Below, in pieces: positions 47,484-57,621 of a stretch of DNA of 64,000 nucleotides; positions within the stretch are counted from its first letter, which is position 1, and every line of letters begins with the position of its first letter. The position numbers were made by a program, and so were the translations under genes. Origin of the DNA: a virus (Duplodnaviria; Caudoviricetes); IMG/VR virus record IMGVR_UViG_2615840601_000001; one strand, written 5' to 3'. The notes under the pieces are model-generated. The model ran no database searches, had not been told where the DNA came from, and worked only from the letters and a program-made list of their open reading frames with translations.

Positions 47484-47973
47484 TCTCATCATCAAAACAG
47501 ACCAGCTGAGCAATCTGGAAGCTGGCCTTGTTGAGCGGCTGAAGACCTTTCTGCCGTCGCCCTATTACATCGCACCATTCCCCGATAAGCCTGAAGACTT
47601 CGATATGGCGCGGATGGAGGCGGTTTGCCTCGTCCACTATTCCGGTTCCCGCTACAGCAAGCCGTCTGACCAGATCCGGCAGGTGCGCGAGATGCAGTTC
47701 ACGCTGGCGCTTTATATCTATGCGTTGCGTGGTGGAGCCGAAGACGAGCGGCTTCATGCCTATGGCGCTATCGAGACGATCCGCAAGGCGGCGCAGAATG
47801 TGCGGCTTGATGGCTGCAAGCCCTTTTACCTGGTCTCCGATCAATTGGTCGGTCAGCAGGCCGGGCGCTGGGACTGGCAAATCGACATCGCCTGCGAGAC
47901 CACCGCTGTTGCCGCCGAGCACAATATCCCAAGTCCTCGTTATCCCCTCAATCGCGCAAGACAGGAGGTCTGA
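47470..47973 (+). CDS. Gp37-like tail completion protein
   Basis: FPDKPE, LVHYSGSRY; synteny. Confidence 0.8.
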   Translation: MALTDLIIKTDQLSNLEAGLVERLKTFLPSPYYIAPFPDKPEDFDMARMEAVCLVHYSGSRYSKPSDQIRQVREMQFTLALYIYALRGGAEDERLHAYGAIETIRKAAQNVRLDGCKPFYLVSDQLVGQQAGRWDWQIDIACETTAVAAEHNIPSPRYPLNRARQEV

Positions 47974-47975
47974 CC

Positions 47976-48200
47976 ATGGCCGATATCGCGCCAGTCTTTA
48001 ACGACTATGTCTATTCCGGGCCGGTCCAGTCGATCTGCCTTAAAACCAAGAATGCCGATGGCGAGCTTGTCACTTTCCTTGATGACATCCTCAATCCGGG
48101 GTGCACCTACAGCCTTCTGGAAGGGCATCGGGTTGTCGAGGGCTGGAAGGCCATGAAGCTTGTCACGCGTGCAGCACAGGAAGGAGCTGACCATGAGTGA
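47976..48200 (+). CDS. Small hypothetical protein
   Basis: RBS AGGAGG; Y.YSGP motif before sheath. Confidence 0.6.
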   Translation: MADIAPVFNDYVYSGPVQSICLKTKNADGELVTFLDDILNPGCTYSLLEGHRVVEGWKAMKLVTRAAQEGADHE

Positions 48201-49509
48201 GCGTAAGTATGGCGCAGAGATCGTCACTGTCGATGATGGCGGAACCACCGTCACCGAACTGAAGGCCGCAACGGCGTTGCTTGTCGGGACGGCACCTATT
48301 CAAGAAGTTCATGTCACACCCGAGGCTCGGGCAGCCTATATCAACAAAAAGATCCTCATTCGGCGTCGTTCAGATATCGAAAGCTATTTCGGTCCGGTTC
48401 GCGATTGCTATACGATCCCCACGGCGCTGCATCAGATGTTCGATCAGGAAGGCACACAAGGGATCGGCACCATTTGCGTGGTCAATGTCTTTGACCCTGA
48501 TACTCATGTGGACGGAGAGAGCAATCCCGATCCGAGCCAGGTCACCAACCTTGATATCATCGGCGCGTTCGATGCCTCAGGTGCCCCGTCCGGGCTGCAA
48601 CATGCCTATGCCTGTTATCAGTCTTTCGGCTGGTTCCCCAAATTGCTACTTACGCCAGGCTTCTCCACCCAGACCGGGGTGCGAGCCGCGATGGAAAGCA
48701 TCGCCAACAAGGTGCGTGCCCGCTTCTTCCTTGACGCACCGCTCGGTGTCACCTCTCAGCAGGTGATTGAAGCCCGTGGCGATACAGGGGAGTTTGACTG
48801 GCAGATCAGCTCGCGGCGTGCCGTTGGCTGCTGGCCCTATATGAAGTTCGTCAATCTTGACAGCACGTCCCTGACGGCAGGCGAAGCGGTGCCACTCTGG
48901 TATAGCCCGGTGCTGGCGGCCATCTGGCTGCGCTATATCGTTGAGGTCGGCTATCACCATAGCCCTTCCAACCGGTCCATCATCTGCGAAGAGCCGGCAC
49001 AGGAAGTGCTCTATATTCCTGGCGACTTCACATCCGATGTGCAGGAGCTGCGGGCCAATGGGGTGGTGACGTGCGAAGAGCGCCACGGCAAGGGGCCGCA
49101 CACAGCGGGCAACCGGTCGCTCGCCTGGCCGACCGATACCAATATGCGCAACTTCCTGCATGTGCAGTTGATCGAGGATGTCATGCACGAGGCCGTGCTG
49201 CATTTCCTGGACCAATGGAAAGACCGCAATGGCAGCCCAGCCAATCTTGAGCTGATCGAAGACCGCATCAATGCCTACGGGATTGGCAAGACCACGGGCA
49301 AGGATCCGGCTCTGTCCGGCTTCCGCTTTGCCTTTGATCGCCAGAAGACCACCACAGCCACCGTAGCCGAGGGCCACTATTACTGGACGCTCGAATGGGC
49401 ACCCGTCGGCGTCATGGAATGGCTGACGGTCAATGACTGGATCAACACCGACATGCTCGGGGATCCGCTCGGTCTTTCTACCTCTGACACATCGTCCGCT
49501 GTAGCCTGA
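48193..49509 (+). CDS. Tail sheath protein
   Basis: LVGTAPI, YTIPTAL, VVNVFDP, PKLLLTPGFS, SPSN. Confidence 0.9.
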   Translation: MSERKYGAEIVTVDDGGTTVTELKAATALLVGTAPIQEVHVTPEARAAYINKKILIRRRSDIESYFGPVRDCYTIPTALHQMFDQEGTQGIGTICVVNVFDPDTHVDGESNPDPSQVTNLDIIGAFDASGAPSGLQHAYACYQSFGWFPKLLLTPGFSTQTGVRAAMESIANKVRARFFLDAPLGVTSQQVIEARGDTGEFDWQISSRRAVGCWPYMKFVNLDSTSLTAGEAVPLWYSPVLAAIWLRYIVEVGYHHSPSNRSIICEEPAQEVLYIPGDFTSDVQELRANGVVTCEERHGKGPHTAGNRSLAWPTDTNMRNFLHVQLIEDVMHEAVLHFLDQWKDRNGSPANLELIEDRINAYGIGKTTGKDPALSGFRFAFDRQKTTTATVAEGHYYWTLEWAPVGVMEWLTVNDWINTDMLGDPLGLSTSDTSSAVA

Positions 49510-49524
49510 TAAGGGAGAACAACA

Positions 49525-50040
49525 ATGGCAGATTATCGTCGTTACGGCCAATCGGTTCAGTCCGAGGTCTATCTGGAAGACAACAGCCTTGTTGGCATCG
49601 CCAAGGGTTTCCAGCTTCCGGCCATCAAATGGAAAACCGTGACCATCGAAACCCTCGGCCAGGTGGCGGTCTATGAACCGCCGTCCCGTGTTCTGGAAGC
49701 CCTCAATGGTTCGCTGACCATGAGCTTCTTTGAGCCGGAGCTGATGGGGGATTTCTTCAACCCGACCAAGTCGCAGAAACTGCAATTCCATCAATATGTC
49801 GATGTCAGCAATGAAGACGGCTATGACGCGGAACGCTCCTTCACCCGGATTTCCATCCTGACCATGCGCTTCACGGGCTATGAGCATCAGGAAGTCAGCC
49901 TTGGCGAGAATGAAGAGGTCCCGCTCGACTTTTCCTGCTCGCGTCTCGTCCAGCGCATTCATGACAGCGACAAGACCTTGCTTGAGATTGATGTCTTCGG
50001 CAACAAGGCAGGGAACAGTTCCGGCGCTTTCTGGAGCTGA
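49525..50040 (+). CDS. Tail tube protein
   Basis: Follows sheath; LEIDVFGN; 171 aa. Confidence 0.85.
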   Translation: MADYRRYGQSVQSEVYLEDNSLVGIAKGFQLPAIKWKTVTIETLGQVAVYEPPSRVLEALNGSLTMSFFEPELMGDFFNPTKSQKLQFHQYVDVSNEDGYDAERSFTRISILTMRFTGYEHQEVSLGENEEVPLDFSCSRLVQRIHDSDKTLLEIDVFGNKAGNSSGAFWS

Positions 50041-50063
50041 TTGGCCCACATTGATGGTAAGCG

Positions 50064-50095
50064 AAAGCCTCGTGCGGCATGCGCGGGGCTTTTTT
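50064..50095 (+). terminator. Intrinsic terminator after tube gene
   Basis: AAAGCCTCGTGC/GCGCGGGGCTTT hairpin plus T tract. Confidence 0.7.
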
Positions 50096-50121
50096 CATGC
50101 ACCCATTCCGAGGAGCTTACC

Positions 50122-50481
50122 ATGTCCGGCACCGAAACTGCCTCCACCAAGCGATCCAGCGTCATCGACAAGCTGAAGAACTACCGCGCTTCCAATGAGG
50201 GCGATGCCACCTTCACACTGCCCGAAACCGGCGTCACGGTCAGCTATCCCAAATTCCGCAAGCATGGCGTCTGGGCCAGCGCCTTGCGCATCGCCAAAAA
50301 CAAGCTTGGCAAGGCCCAGATCCTCTATGTCTGCCGCATCTGCCTGTTTGATGGCGAGAAGCTGACGGAAGCCGACTTCCGGGAATATATCCCCATGTCC
50401 GATGCCAACGAGCTGCTCGCCGAGATCTTCGGATCTGATGACGAAGACGAGGATGATGAGGGAAACGGGGTGGAGGGCTAA
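50122..50481 (+). CDS. Tail assembly chaperone; -1 frameshift at G GGA AAC (50460-50466) extends to 50657
   Basis: Position; lambda G-T-like slippery heptamer; -1 frame encodes GWSSSDLDAM. Confidence 0.8.
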   Translation: MSGTETASTKRSSVIDKLKNYRASNEGDATFTLPETGVTVSYPKFRKHGVWASALRIAKNKLGKAQILYVCRICLFDGEKLTEADFREYIPMSDANELLAEIFGSDDEDEDDEGNGVEG

Positions 50482-50666
50482 GGCTCTCCTCCCTTGACTG
50501 CCACATCTATCTTGTCAATCGCGGCTGGTCCTCATCTGATCTCGACGCCATGCGCGAGGACGAGTTTCTGACCGTCTTTGACGAGCAATTGGCGATGGAT
50601 GAGGCAAAGGCAGAAGCTGAGCGCAAGGCGGTCGAGAAAACTGCCGGGCACAGATAGGACTTTTCC

Positions 50667-53078
50667 ATGACCATGCGCCTTGGCATTGTTGCAGACTTTA
50701 CCGACCGTGCGTCCAAACGCATGGCAAAGCTGCTGCGTGCCAACAAGAAGCTGGAAAAGGCCAACAAGGCACAGGGCAAACTGGCCAAGCAACAGGCTGC
50801 TCAAACGAAAGCGCAGACTGCTGCCCAGGGAAAGTTTGCTTCTCAGGTAGAGCGATCCAGCCGGTTGATGTCGGTGCTCAAGGCGACGGCGTCAGGAGTG
50901 GCGTCTGGCATCGGCGCGGCCAGTGCTGCCATGTTGCGCTTCACCGGCACTATCTCGCGCGCCATTCGCAGGATCTTCAGTCTCAAGGCAGCACTCTCCC
51001 GCGTCAGCAAGGGCGTGGACATGATGAAGACAGGGGCTGGCAAGATTGCACGCGGGGTCATGGTGGCCGGTGGGCTTGCCCTTGGCGCAACCGCGCTTGC
51101 TGGTGGGGCTGCCAATGCGGTCATTGGTCCGGCTGCCCAGATGGAGAAATACCAGACCATTCTGGAAACCACCACCGGCTCCGCCGCCAAGGCTAAGGAA
51201 GCCATGGCATGGGTGACGGACTTTGCCGTTAGAACTCCCTATGAGCTGCAGGATGTCATGGGCAGCTTTGTGCAGCTGCGCAATTACGGTCTTGAGCCAA
51301 CCAATGGCCTTCTCAAGACCCTTGGCGATACTTCCGCTGCCATGGGCAAGCCCATCATGCAGGCGGTCGAGGCTATGGCCGATGCGGTCACCGGGGAGAA
51401 TGAGCGGCTGAAGGAATTCGGCATCAAGGCCCGTAAGGCGGGCAAATACTTCTATTACGAATACACCCAAAATGGCGTGACCAAGGTCGCAAAGGCTCTG
51501 GCCTCTGACCGGGCTGCCATTCAAAAGACCCTCTCCGGTATCTTCGATGCCAAATATTCCGGTGCGATGGAGAAGCTCTCCCAGACATGGGAAGGCATGT
51601 TGTCCAACCTTTCGGACATGTGGTTCAAATTCCGTCTGATGATTGCCGAGAGCGGCCTCTTCGACTTTGCCAAGGAAAAGCTGCGCGGTCTGCTTGATCT
51701 CATCAACAAGATGGAAGCGGATGGCTCCTTGAAGGTCTGGGCCAAGGAGATCGGCGACAACATCATTGCGACCCTGCAGGCAGCATGGACCTTCGGCCTT
51801 CAGCTTTTCGACATCATCAAGCAGGTTGGTTCATGGCTCAAATTCGCCGCCGATGCCCTTGGTGGTTGGAACCGGCTCGTTGGGGTGTTTATCGCTCTGC
51901 CTCTGCTCGGAACCATTGCCGGTATCATAACCGGCTTTGCCCAACTCGCTGCTGGCTTGATGCTGGTCGGGTCCGGCATTGCGGCCTTGTCCTTGCCTGT
52001 TATGGCGATCATTGCCGGTGTGGCGGCCGTCGCGTCAGCCGCCTATCTCATCTATGACAATTGGGACGGCATCGTGGACTGGTTCAGCAGCCTCTGGACC
52101 GGGATTGTCGATTATGCCAGCGCGGCATGGGACTGGTTCAAAACCAATATGTCCTGGCATCCGCTTGCCCTGATTGCAAACAATTGGGGCGAGATCTCCG
52201 CATGGTTTTCAGCATTCTGGGACCGGCTCAAAAACACCGCCGATATGGGCTGGCAGGCTGTCAAAACGCTATTCGACTGGTCTCCCCTTGGTCTCATCAT
52301 CAACAACTGGTCTGAGATTACTCAATGGGTTGGCTCTTTCTGGGACGACCTAAAGGTCCGAGTGTCAGCAGGCTGGGAAACCATAAAATCAACCTTCACT
52401 GTTGACTGGGCAAGCCTCCTTTCAACCGGCCTTCCTGAAGCCGTCCAGCGCATCATAGACACCTTCTCGAACATCAACCTGTTCCACGTGGGCGTAAAGA
52501 TCCTCAAGAGCCTTTGGGATGGCATGTTGTCTCTGGTTGACCAGATGGTTTCCAGTATCAGCAGCAAGCTCTCCTCCATGATGCCGACACTTCCCTCTTG
52601 GCTGGGTGGCGGCAAGACCGAGGCCGTTCAGCAGCGAGCCTCCGGTGGAGCCTTTAACCGTGGCCCACTGCTGGTGGGCGAGAAGGGGCCAGAGCTCAGC
52701 TATGCCAACCGCAGTGGCTTCATCGCCCATCATGACCAACTCCAGCAAATGGCGGCCCTGTCAGACCGGATCCGACAGGGCACAGCAACGGCTGCTCTTG
52801 CCGCATCCGTTGCCACGGCCTCACCAGCCATTGCGGCATCCGCTCCGGTTGCCGCGTCACCCAGCGTTTCGGCCCTGCATGCGAGCGGGAACACTTCCGG
52901 CGCGTCTACGGCGCAAAGCGGGCATACCTTCCATATCCAGTTTTCTCCGACCGTAACGGTGGGTGAAGGCGCATCCATCAGCCGAGAAGAAATCATGGAT
53001 CTACTCAATGAGCAGGCAGACGAGCTGGTGGATTTGGTCAAGCGCAAAATGGACGAGGATGGAAGGCTCGATTTCTGA
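50667..53078 (+). CDS. Tail tape measure protein
   Basis: FAVRTPYEL, TGENERLKEFG, Trp-periodic region, LVGEKGPEL. Confidence 0.92.
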   Translation: MTMRLGIVADFTDRASKRMAKLLRANKKLEKANKAQGKLAKQQAAQTKAQTAAQGKFASQVERSSRLMSVLKATASGVASGIGAASAAMLRFTGTISRAIRRIFSLKAALSRVSKGVDMMKTGAGKIARGVMVAGGLALGATALAGGAANAVIGPAAQMEKYQTILETTTGSAAKAKEAMAWVTDFAVRTPYELQDVMGSFVQLRNYGLEPTNGLLKTLGDTSAAMGKPIMQAVEAMADAVTGENERLKEFGIKARKAGKYFYYEYTQNGVTKVAKALASDRAAIQKTLSGIFDAKYSGAMEKLSQTWEGMLSNLSDMWFKFRLMIAESGLFDFAKEKLRGLLDLINKMEADGSLKVWAKEIGDNIIATLQAAWTFGLQLFDIIKQVGSWLKFAADALGGWNRLVGVFIALPLLGTIAGIITGFAQLAAGLMLVGSGIAALSLPVMAIIAGVAAVASAAYLIYDNWDGIVDWFSSLWTGIVDYASAAWDWFKTNMSWHPLALIANNWGEISAWFSAFWDRLKNTADMGWQAVKTLFDWSPLGLIINNWSEITQWVGSFWDDLKVRVSAGWETIKSTFTVDWASLLSTGLPEAVQRIIDTFSNINLFHVGVKILKSLWDGMLSLVDQMVSSISSKLSSMMPTLPSWLGGGKTEAVQQRASGGAFNRGPLLVGEKGPELSYANRSGFIAHHDQLQQMAALSDRIRQGTATAALAASVATASPAIAASAPVAASPSVSALHASGNTSGASTAQSGHTFHIQFSPTVTVGEGASISREEIMDLLNEQADELVDLVKRKMDEDGRLDF

Positions 53079-53551
53079 TGACGGTGTATGCCTATCTCGG
53101 TGACTTCACGCTTGGACAGAGCAATGCCATGTCTGGCCCCAAATCCGATAGTCAGACTTGGGGCAACACCATCCATGAGCACAAGGTGGTGCGAGGCAAG
53201 CCGGTGCCGCAATATGCCGGTGAGGAGCTGGACAAGCGAACGCTCGAATTCTTCTTTGATGAAAGCTTCTGCGATCCGCAAACAGAATATGCCCGCCTCA
53301 AGGCTGCCCGCTCTTCCGGCTCGGTGATGCCGTTTACCTCCGGACATGGGGACTACGACGGCACCCATTACCAGATCACCTCCATCTCTCCGGTCATCGA
53401 GAAAACCACTTCGGGCGGGCGCATTGTTCGTCTGTCCGCCAGCATCGAGCTGCTGGAGGTTCCCTCCTTTGCTTTGTCTCTGCGTTCTGCGGTTTCTGCG
53501 GTTGCAACAGCGGCCTCAGCCATCATCAACCCGTTGACCAGGAAAAGCTAA
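53078..53551 (+). CDS. gpU-like tail protein
   Basis: YAYLGD, EH....GKP..QY.G; synteny. Confidence 0.8.
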   Translation: MTVYAYLGDFTLGQSNAMSGPKSDSQTWGNTIHEHKVVRGKPVPQYAGEELDKRTLEFFFDESFCDPQTEYARLKAARSSGSVMPFTSGHGDYDGTHYQITSISPVIEKTTSGGRIVRLSASIELLEVPSFALSLRSAVSAVATAASAIINPLTRKS

Positions 53552-53554
53552 GCG

Positions 53555-53818
53555 ATGACTGAGGTCGTTAAAACCGGAGACTATCTCGAACATTTAACGG
53601 TCGCTGGAGATCGCTGGGATTTACTCGCCTGGGATTATTACAGCGATGCCAGCAAGGACAATCTGATCATCGACGAGAACCGGAATCTCTATCTTTCCAC
53701 TCTTGATCCCATTCCTGCCCTTCTCCCACCAGGTCTCTCACTTCGCATCCCTGTCATCGAACAATCAACGCTCGATGACAGCCAGCTACCGCCGTGGAAG
53801 CGACGCCAAAAGGACTGA
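53555..53818 (+). CDS. gpX-like tail protein
   Basis: GDRWDLLAWDYY, LRIPVI, LPPWKR. Confidence 0.88.
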   Translation: MTEVVKTGDYLEHLTVAGDRWDLLAWDYYSDASKDNLIIDENRNLYLSTLDPIPALLPPGLSLRIPVIEQSTLDDSQLPPWKRRQKD

Positions 53819-53822
53819 TGTC

Positions 53823-54296
53823 ATGCCTAGAATCGCCCCTCTCTTTCTTCTTCTATCTGCGCTCCTGTTCGTCGGTGGTTGTGATTTTTCCCCTGCACCA
53901 AAACCAAAAACGTGCTTTCTCGTCGGTGATAGCATCGGCGTTGGTCTGTCCTGGTATCTCAAAACCTGTCCAGCCTCCGCCAAGGTTGGGCTATCCTCCA
54001 ACGCGGTTCTCAAGCGCACTGAACCAGCCGATGTGCTCATTGTCTCGGCGGGCTCCAACGACCCAGACAACAAACGGCTTGAGGCCAACCTCAAAGCCAT
54101 TCGGGACAAAAGCGGCGCGGCGACTGTCATCTGGATCGAACCGCGTCACAAAAGAGCATCTGCCATCGTGCGCAAGATTGCCCAACGGAACGGGGATTTG
54201 GTGATCTTTTTCAAGGCAGGCAAGGACAAGGTCCACCCCAGATCCTACAAACGCTTGGCGCGTGATGTGGCTCAGTCGCTCAAGGGATTGCTGTAA
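53823..54296 (+). CDS. Lipoprotein, SGNH/GDSL hydrolase-like
   Basis: Lipobox LFVGGC; GDS, GSND and DKVHP blocks. Confidence 0.72.
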   Translation: MPRIAPLFLLLSALLFVGGCDFSPAPKPKTCFLVGDSIGVGLSWYLKTCPASAKVGLSSNAVLKRTEPADVLIVSAGSNDPDNKRLEANLKAIRDKSGAATVIWIEPRHKRASAIVRKIAQRNGDLVIFFKAGKDKVHPRSYKRLARDVAQSLKGLL

Positions 54297-54301
54297 AGCT
54301 C

Positions 54302-55297
54302 ATGAGCCAGCTTGCCGAACCGACTGTCTCGCTCACCATCAACGGCATTGAGGTTGGGTCTTATTTCGCGCCCTACCTTCTTGACTTCACCTGGGCCGAC
54401 AATCTCCACGGCAAGGCCGATGAGATTGCCGTGCGCTTGCGGGATGACAGCGGCCTGTGGCGCGGTGCCTGGCGACCCGATGAGGGCGATCTGTGTGACG
54501 CGAGCATCGGCTACAAGGGCGGTCTTCTGATGCCCTGCGGGGCCTACCAGATCGATATTCCCGACGCTAGCGGCTCCCGTGGCAATGACATCGTCTGCTT
54601 CCGGGCGACATCAGCCTTTCCGGAAAAAGATCAGCGCACACAGAAGAGCAAGGGCTCAGAAAAGACCGATCTCAAGAAGATCATCACCGAGACCGCCAAC
54701 AATCTTGGCTACACGGTCTCCGGCGACATCGAGGAGCTGAAGTTCGATTACAAGCGCCAACGGCGCGAGAGGGATCTCTCCTATATCAGACGGCTCGCCG
54801 AGGACTTCGGGTATTTCGTGGCGATCAAGCATCGCCAGTTGGTCTTTTTCAAGCGAAAGGATCTGGAAAGCCAAGGCCCCGTCAAAACGTTCGAGCTGAG
54901 TGACCCGACACCAATCACCCGTTGGCGGGCCAAGGACCAGTCTTCAAAGACTTACAAGAAAGCAAAGGTCTCCTATCTTGACCCTACCTCGAAAAAGATC
55001 ATCAAGGCAGAAGCGGAGGATGCCAGCTCCAAATCCGGCGATGTCCTGAAGATCGATGAGCGGGTGGAAAATGAGGAACAGGCTGAAAAACTTTGTAAAG
55101 GACGGCTCGCCAAGGCAAACGAGGACAAGCGCACCGCCAGCCTTTCACTTGTTGGAGACCCCACACTGGTCGCAGGCCTCGTCGTGGCCCTCGGTCCGAC
55201 CTTTGGCCGCTATGCAGGCAACTATCTCATTCACAAGGCCGTCCATTCCATCAAGCGCGGCAACTATATCACCAGACTAGACCTGAAAGGCATTTGA
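54302..55297 (+). CDS. Baseplate hub gpD-like
   Basis: DNLHGKADE, Q.RE.DL.YIRRLA, GDP.LVAG. Confidence 0.88.
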   Translation: MSQLAEPTVSLTINGIEVGSYFAPYLLDFTWADNLHGKADEIAVRLRDDSGLWRGAWRPDEGDLCDASIGYKGGLLMPCGAYQIDIPDASGSRGNDIVCFRATSAFPEKDQRTQKSKGSEKTDLKKIITETANNLGYTVSGDIEELKFDYKRQRRERDLSYIRRLAEDFGYFVAIKHRQLVFFKRKDLESQGPVKTFELSDPTPITRWRAKDQSSKTYKKAKVSYLDPTSKKIIKAEAEDASSKSGDVLKIDERVENEEQAEKLCKGRLAKANEDKRTASLSLVGDPTLVAGLVVALGPTFGRYAGNYLIHKAVHSIKRGNYITRLDLKGI

Positions 55298-55298
55298 G

Positions 55299-55832
55299 AT
55301 GACCGAACGTTTCCGCAACAACGAGAAGAATTCGCCATACCGGCGCGGCACCGTCAAGGAAATCAATGAGGGCCGGATCCGCGTCACCTTCTCCGATGAA
55401 GACGAAACCGACAGCTTCTGGCTCAATGCCAATCAGTCTGGCACTGGAGCCAACAAGAGCTGGTCCATGCCCAATGTCGGCGAACAGGTCAATTGCCTCA
55501 TCGACTGGGATGGCGAAGATGGCTGCGTCCTTGGCTCTTGCTGGAACAAGGAAGACAGCGCTCCGAGCGATGATCCCGGTGTTGAGCATATTGTCGATGA
55601 AAGCGGCCTTGAAATCATCCGAGATCGAAAGAGCGGGAATATCACGATCCGGAATGCCGCATCCGTTCGCGTTGAAGGCAATGATCTCGTTGTTTCTGCC
55701 GAGACCCATCTTGGTGGAGATGGCGGTAAGGCGGTCGCCCGTATCGGGGATCATGTCCTGGTCAGCAGCGGTTCCAGTGCAGGGCTATGGCCTATTGTCG
55801 AAGGATCCTCAAAGGTGTTTGCGGTGGATTGA
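55299..55832 (+). CDS. Baseplate spike gpV-like
   Basis: RIRVTF...SFWL...MP.VGEQV.CL.D..GEDG.VLG. Confidence 0.88.
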   Translation: MTERFRNNEKNSPYRRGTVKEINEGRIRVTFSDEDETDSFWLNANQSGTGANKSWSMPNVGEQVNCLIDWDGEDGCVLGSCWNKEDSAPSDDPGVEHIVDESGLEIIRDRKSGNITIRNAASVRVEGNDLVVSAETHLGGDGGKAVARIGDHVLVSSGSSAGLWPIVEGSSKVFAVD

Positions 55833-56029
55833 TGGGATATTTTTTTATTGTCATAGCAACTGTAATAGGGGTGACTGTTGTCGCTAATAGCTATGTCAGA
55901 TACCTGGCAGTCATTGTCAAAGCAGAAGAACGACTGGCGATATCCAAAGAGGAAACAGAGCGAATGAAACTCGCGCTTCATACAGTTCAATGCGATTTTA
56001 GAAATACAGACCCCGGAACACTTCCGTAA
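55832..56029 (+). CDS. Small membrane-anchored hypothetical protein
   Basis: TGATG coupling; N-terminal TM; AT-rich. Confidence 0.5.
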   Translation: MGYFFIVIATVIGVTVVANSYVRYLAVIVKAEERLAISKEETERMKLALHTVQCDFRNTDPGTLP

Positions 56030-56055
56030 CCTCTAAGTCCACCATTTCCTATCCT
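56015..56055 (+). promoter_or_regulatory. Putative late promoter (GGAACACTTCC + TATCCT)
   Basis: Recurrent motif with 24-nt spacer. Confidence 0.6.
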
Positions 56056-56089
56056 GCTGACAGATATCCCTCATTTTGGATCTGTCGGC

Positions 56090-56476
56090 ATGGTGCAAAT
56101 CGATTATCTTCATTGGCAACATAAGGTCACTCTGGGCGCGAACGCCGCCTGGGGCGAGATTGCTGTCGGGCTGGATGATCTGCACCAGGCTGTGCGCATC
56201 ATTGTGTTGACGCCAAAGCGCTCGGTGCCGACCGAGCCGGAGAAGTTCTGCGACGCCCTCGACTATATAGACCGTCCACCAGCCGTTGCCATTCCCGCCA
56301 TCAAACGTGCTGTCTGGGATGCTATCACGCTCTGGGAGCCGCGTATTGTTCTCGACGGAATCGAAGCGGAGATGGTGGATTTAGCGCATTATGCGATCAC
56401 CATCAGTTGGCATCCGGTTGAAGGCGTCCTGAAGGAAATCCAGCGGACCAAGGTTCTGTTGCAGGAGGCCGCGTGA
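56090..56476 (+). CDS. Baseplate gpW/gp25-like
   Basis: DL.QA..II..TP..SVP..PE; AITLWEPR. Confidence 0.85.
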   Translation: MVQIDYLHWQHKVTLGANAAWGEIAVGLDDLHQAVRIIVLTPKRSVPTEPEKFCDALDYIDRPPAVAIPAIKRAVWDAITLWEPRIVLDGIEAEMVDLAHYAITISWHPVEGVLKEIQRTKVLLQEAA

Positions 56477-57621
56477 TGTCCTCCGGCCTCATCAAAGCCT
56501 ATAGCGCTGAAGAGCTGATCGCCCGTGGTGCGCCGCAATGTTTCACGGTCACGTCCTCCCAATGGAAAGAAAAGCTTGTCAACTGGTTCGAGACGGACGC
56601 TGACGGCCCTCAGCGCAAGCTCTATCCGGCTCAATATGAGCAGATCCTCATTGACCTTCTGTCCTATGGCTTCGCGCTGCTCGGGCAGGAAGGGCAAAAT
56701 GCCTCAAAGCAGCGCTGGCTGCTGTTCGCCGAGGGCAAGCATCTTGATGTCGTCGCGGCCAACAATTCCACCTACCGCCTGAAGGCAGCCGCCGCTACCT
56801 GCGAGCTGGAAATCACCCTCGACGCGGCGCTGGTTGAAGATTTCTATTTGGCTGCGGGCACGCTGGTGACCGGTGGCAAATTCAGCTTCGTGACCGATGA
56901 GCAGGCTCTGATCGAAGCCGGGGCATTGTCCGCCAGGGTCGGTGCAACTGCGACCGAGACGGGCGAAGCCGCCAATGGCCTGATGACTGGGCAGATCAAC
57001 GCCTTCCAGTCGTTTCAGGAAGGGGTGTCGGTGGTGAATGTCACCGACACCGAGGGCGGGGCCGATGAAGAGGGGGATGCCAGCATTCGCATGCGAGCCG
57101 CCTATGCCCATGATCGCATCTCCAAGGCGGGGCCGAAGGAAAGCTATCGCCAGCAGGTTCTGGCCTATAGCTCGGCCATCATCGCGGTGGCCGTCGTGCG
57201 CCCGGAACCGGGGCATATCTGGATTTATGTGTTGCTGGAAGATGGAGTGCCGTCCGAGGATTATTGCGCCCGTGTTGCCGACTGGCTCGATCCGGAAGGC
57301 AAACGCCCGCAAGGGGACGATGTTTCTGTCTTTCCGGCAGAGGCGGTGAGCTTCACCATCAGCGGCACGGCTCTCATCACCGGCAATGCCACCACGGCAA
57401 AGAGCGAGCTGGAAAGCGACCTTGGGGATGCATCCGGCATCTGGCAGCGGGCGCTGGGGCCGTATCTGGCCTTGTCGGCCCTCACAGTGGTTGCCCGCAA
57501 CAACGCCAATCTCGTGGACATCGACCTCGTGGTCTCCGGCCTTCAAGACCGACAACTGGAGCCGCATCAGTTTGGCGTGGTCACCGATATCGATCTGACG
57601 ATGGAGGTGGTCGATGGGTGA
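56473..57621 (+). CDS. Baseplate J-like protein
   Basis: LYPAQ.E, GGADEE.D, S.AGP..SY, KRP..D.V. Confidence 0.9.
   Translation: MMSSGLIKAYSAEELIARGAPQCFTVTSSQWKEKLVNWFETDADGPQRKLYPAQYEQILIDLLSYGFALLGQEGQNASKQRWLLFAEGKHLDVVAANNSTYRLKAAAATCELEITLDAALVEDFYLAAGTLVTGGKFSFVTDEQALIEAGALSARVGATATETGEAANGLMTGQINAFQSFQEGVSVVNVTDTEGGADEEGDASIRMRAAYAHDRISKAGPKESYRQQVLAYSSAIIAVAVVRPEPGHIWIYVLLEDGVPSEDYCARVADWLDPEGKRPQGDDVSVFPAEAVSFTISGTALITGNATTAKSELESDLGDASGIWQRALGPYLALSALTVVARNNANLVDIDLVVSGLQDRQLEPHQFGVVTDIDLTMEVVDG

Noticed and set aside
43877-50049. Long minus-strand ORFs (552, 334 and 467 aa)
   Set aside because: Antisense shadows of protease, capsid and sheath genes; no motifs
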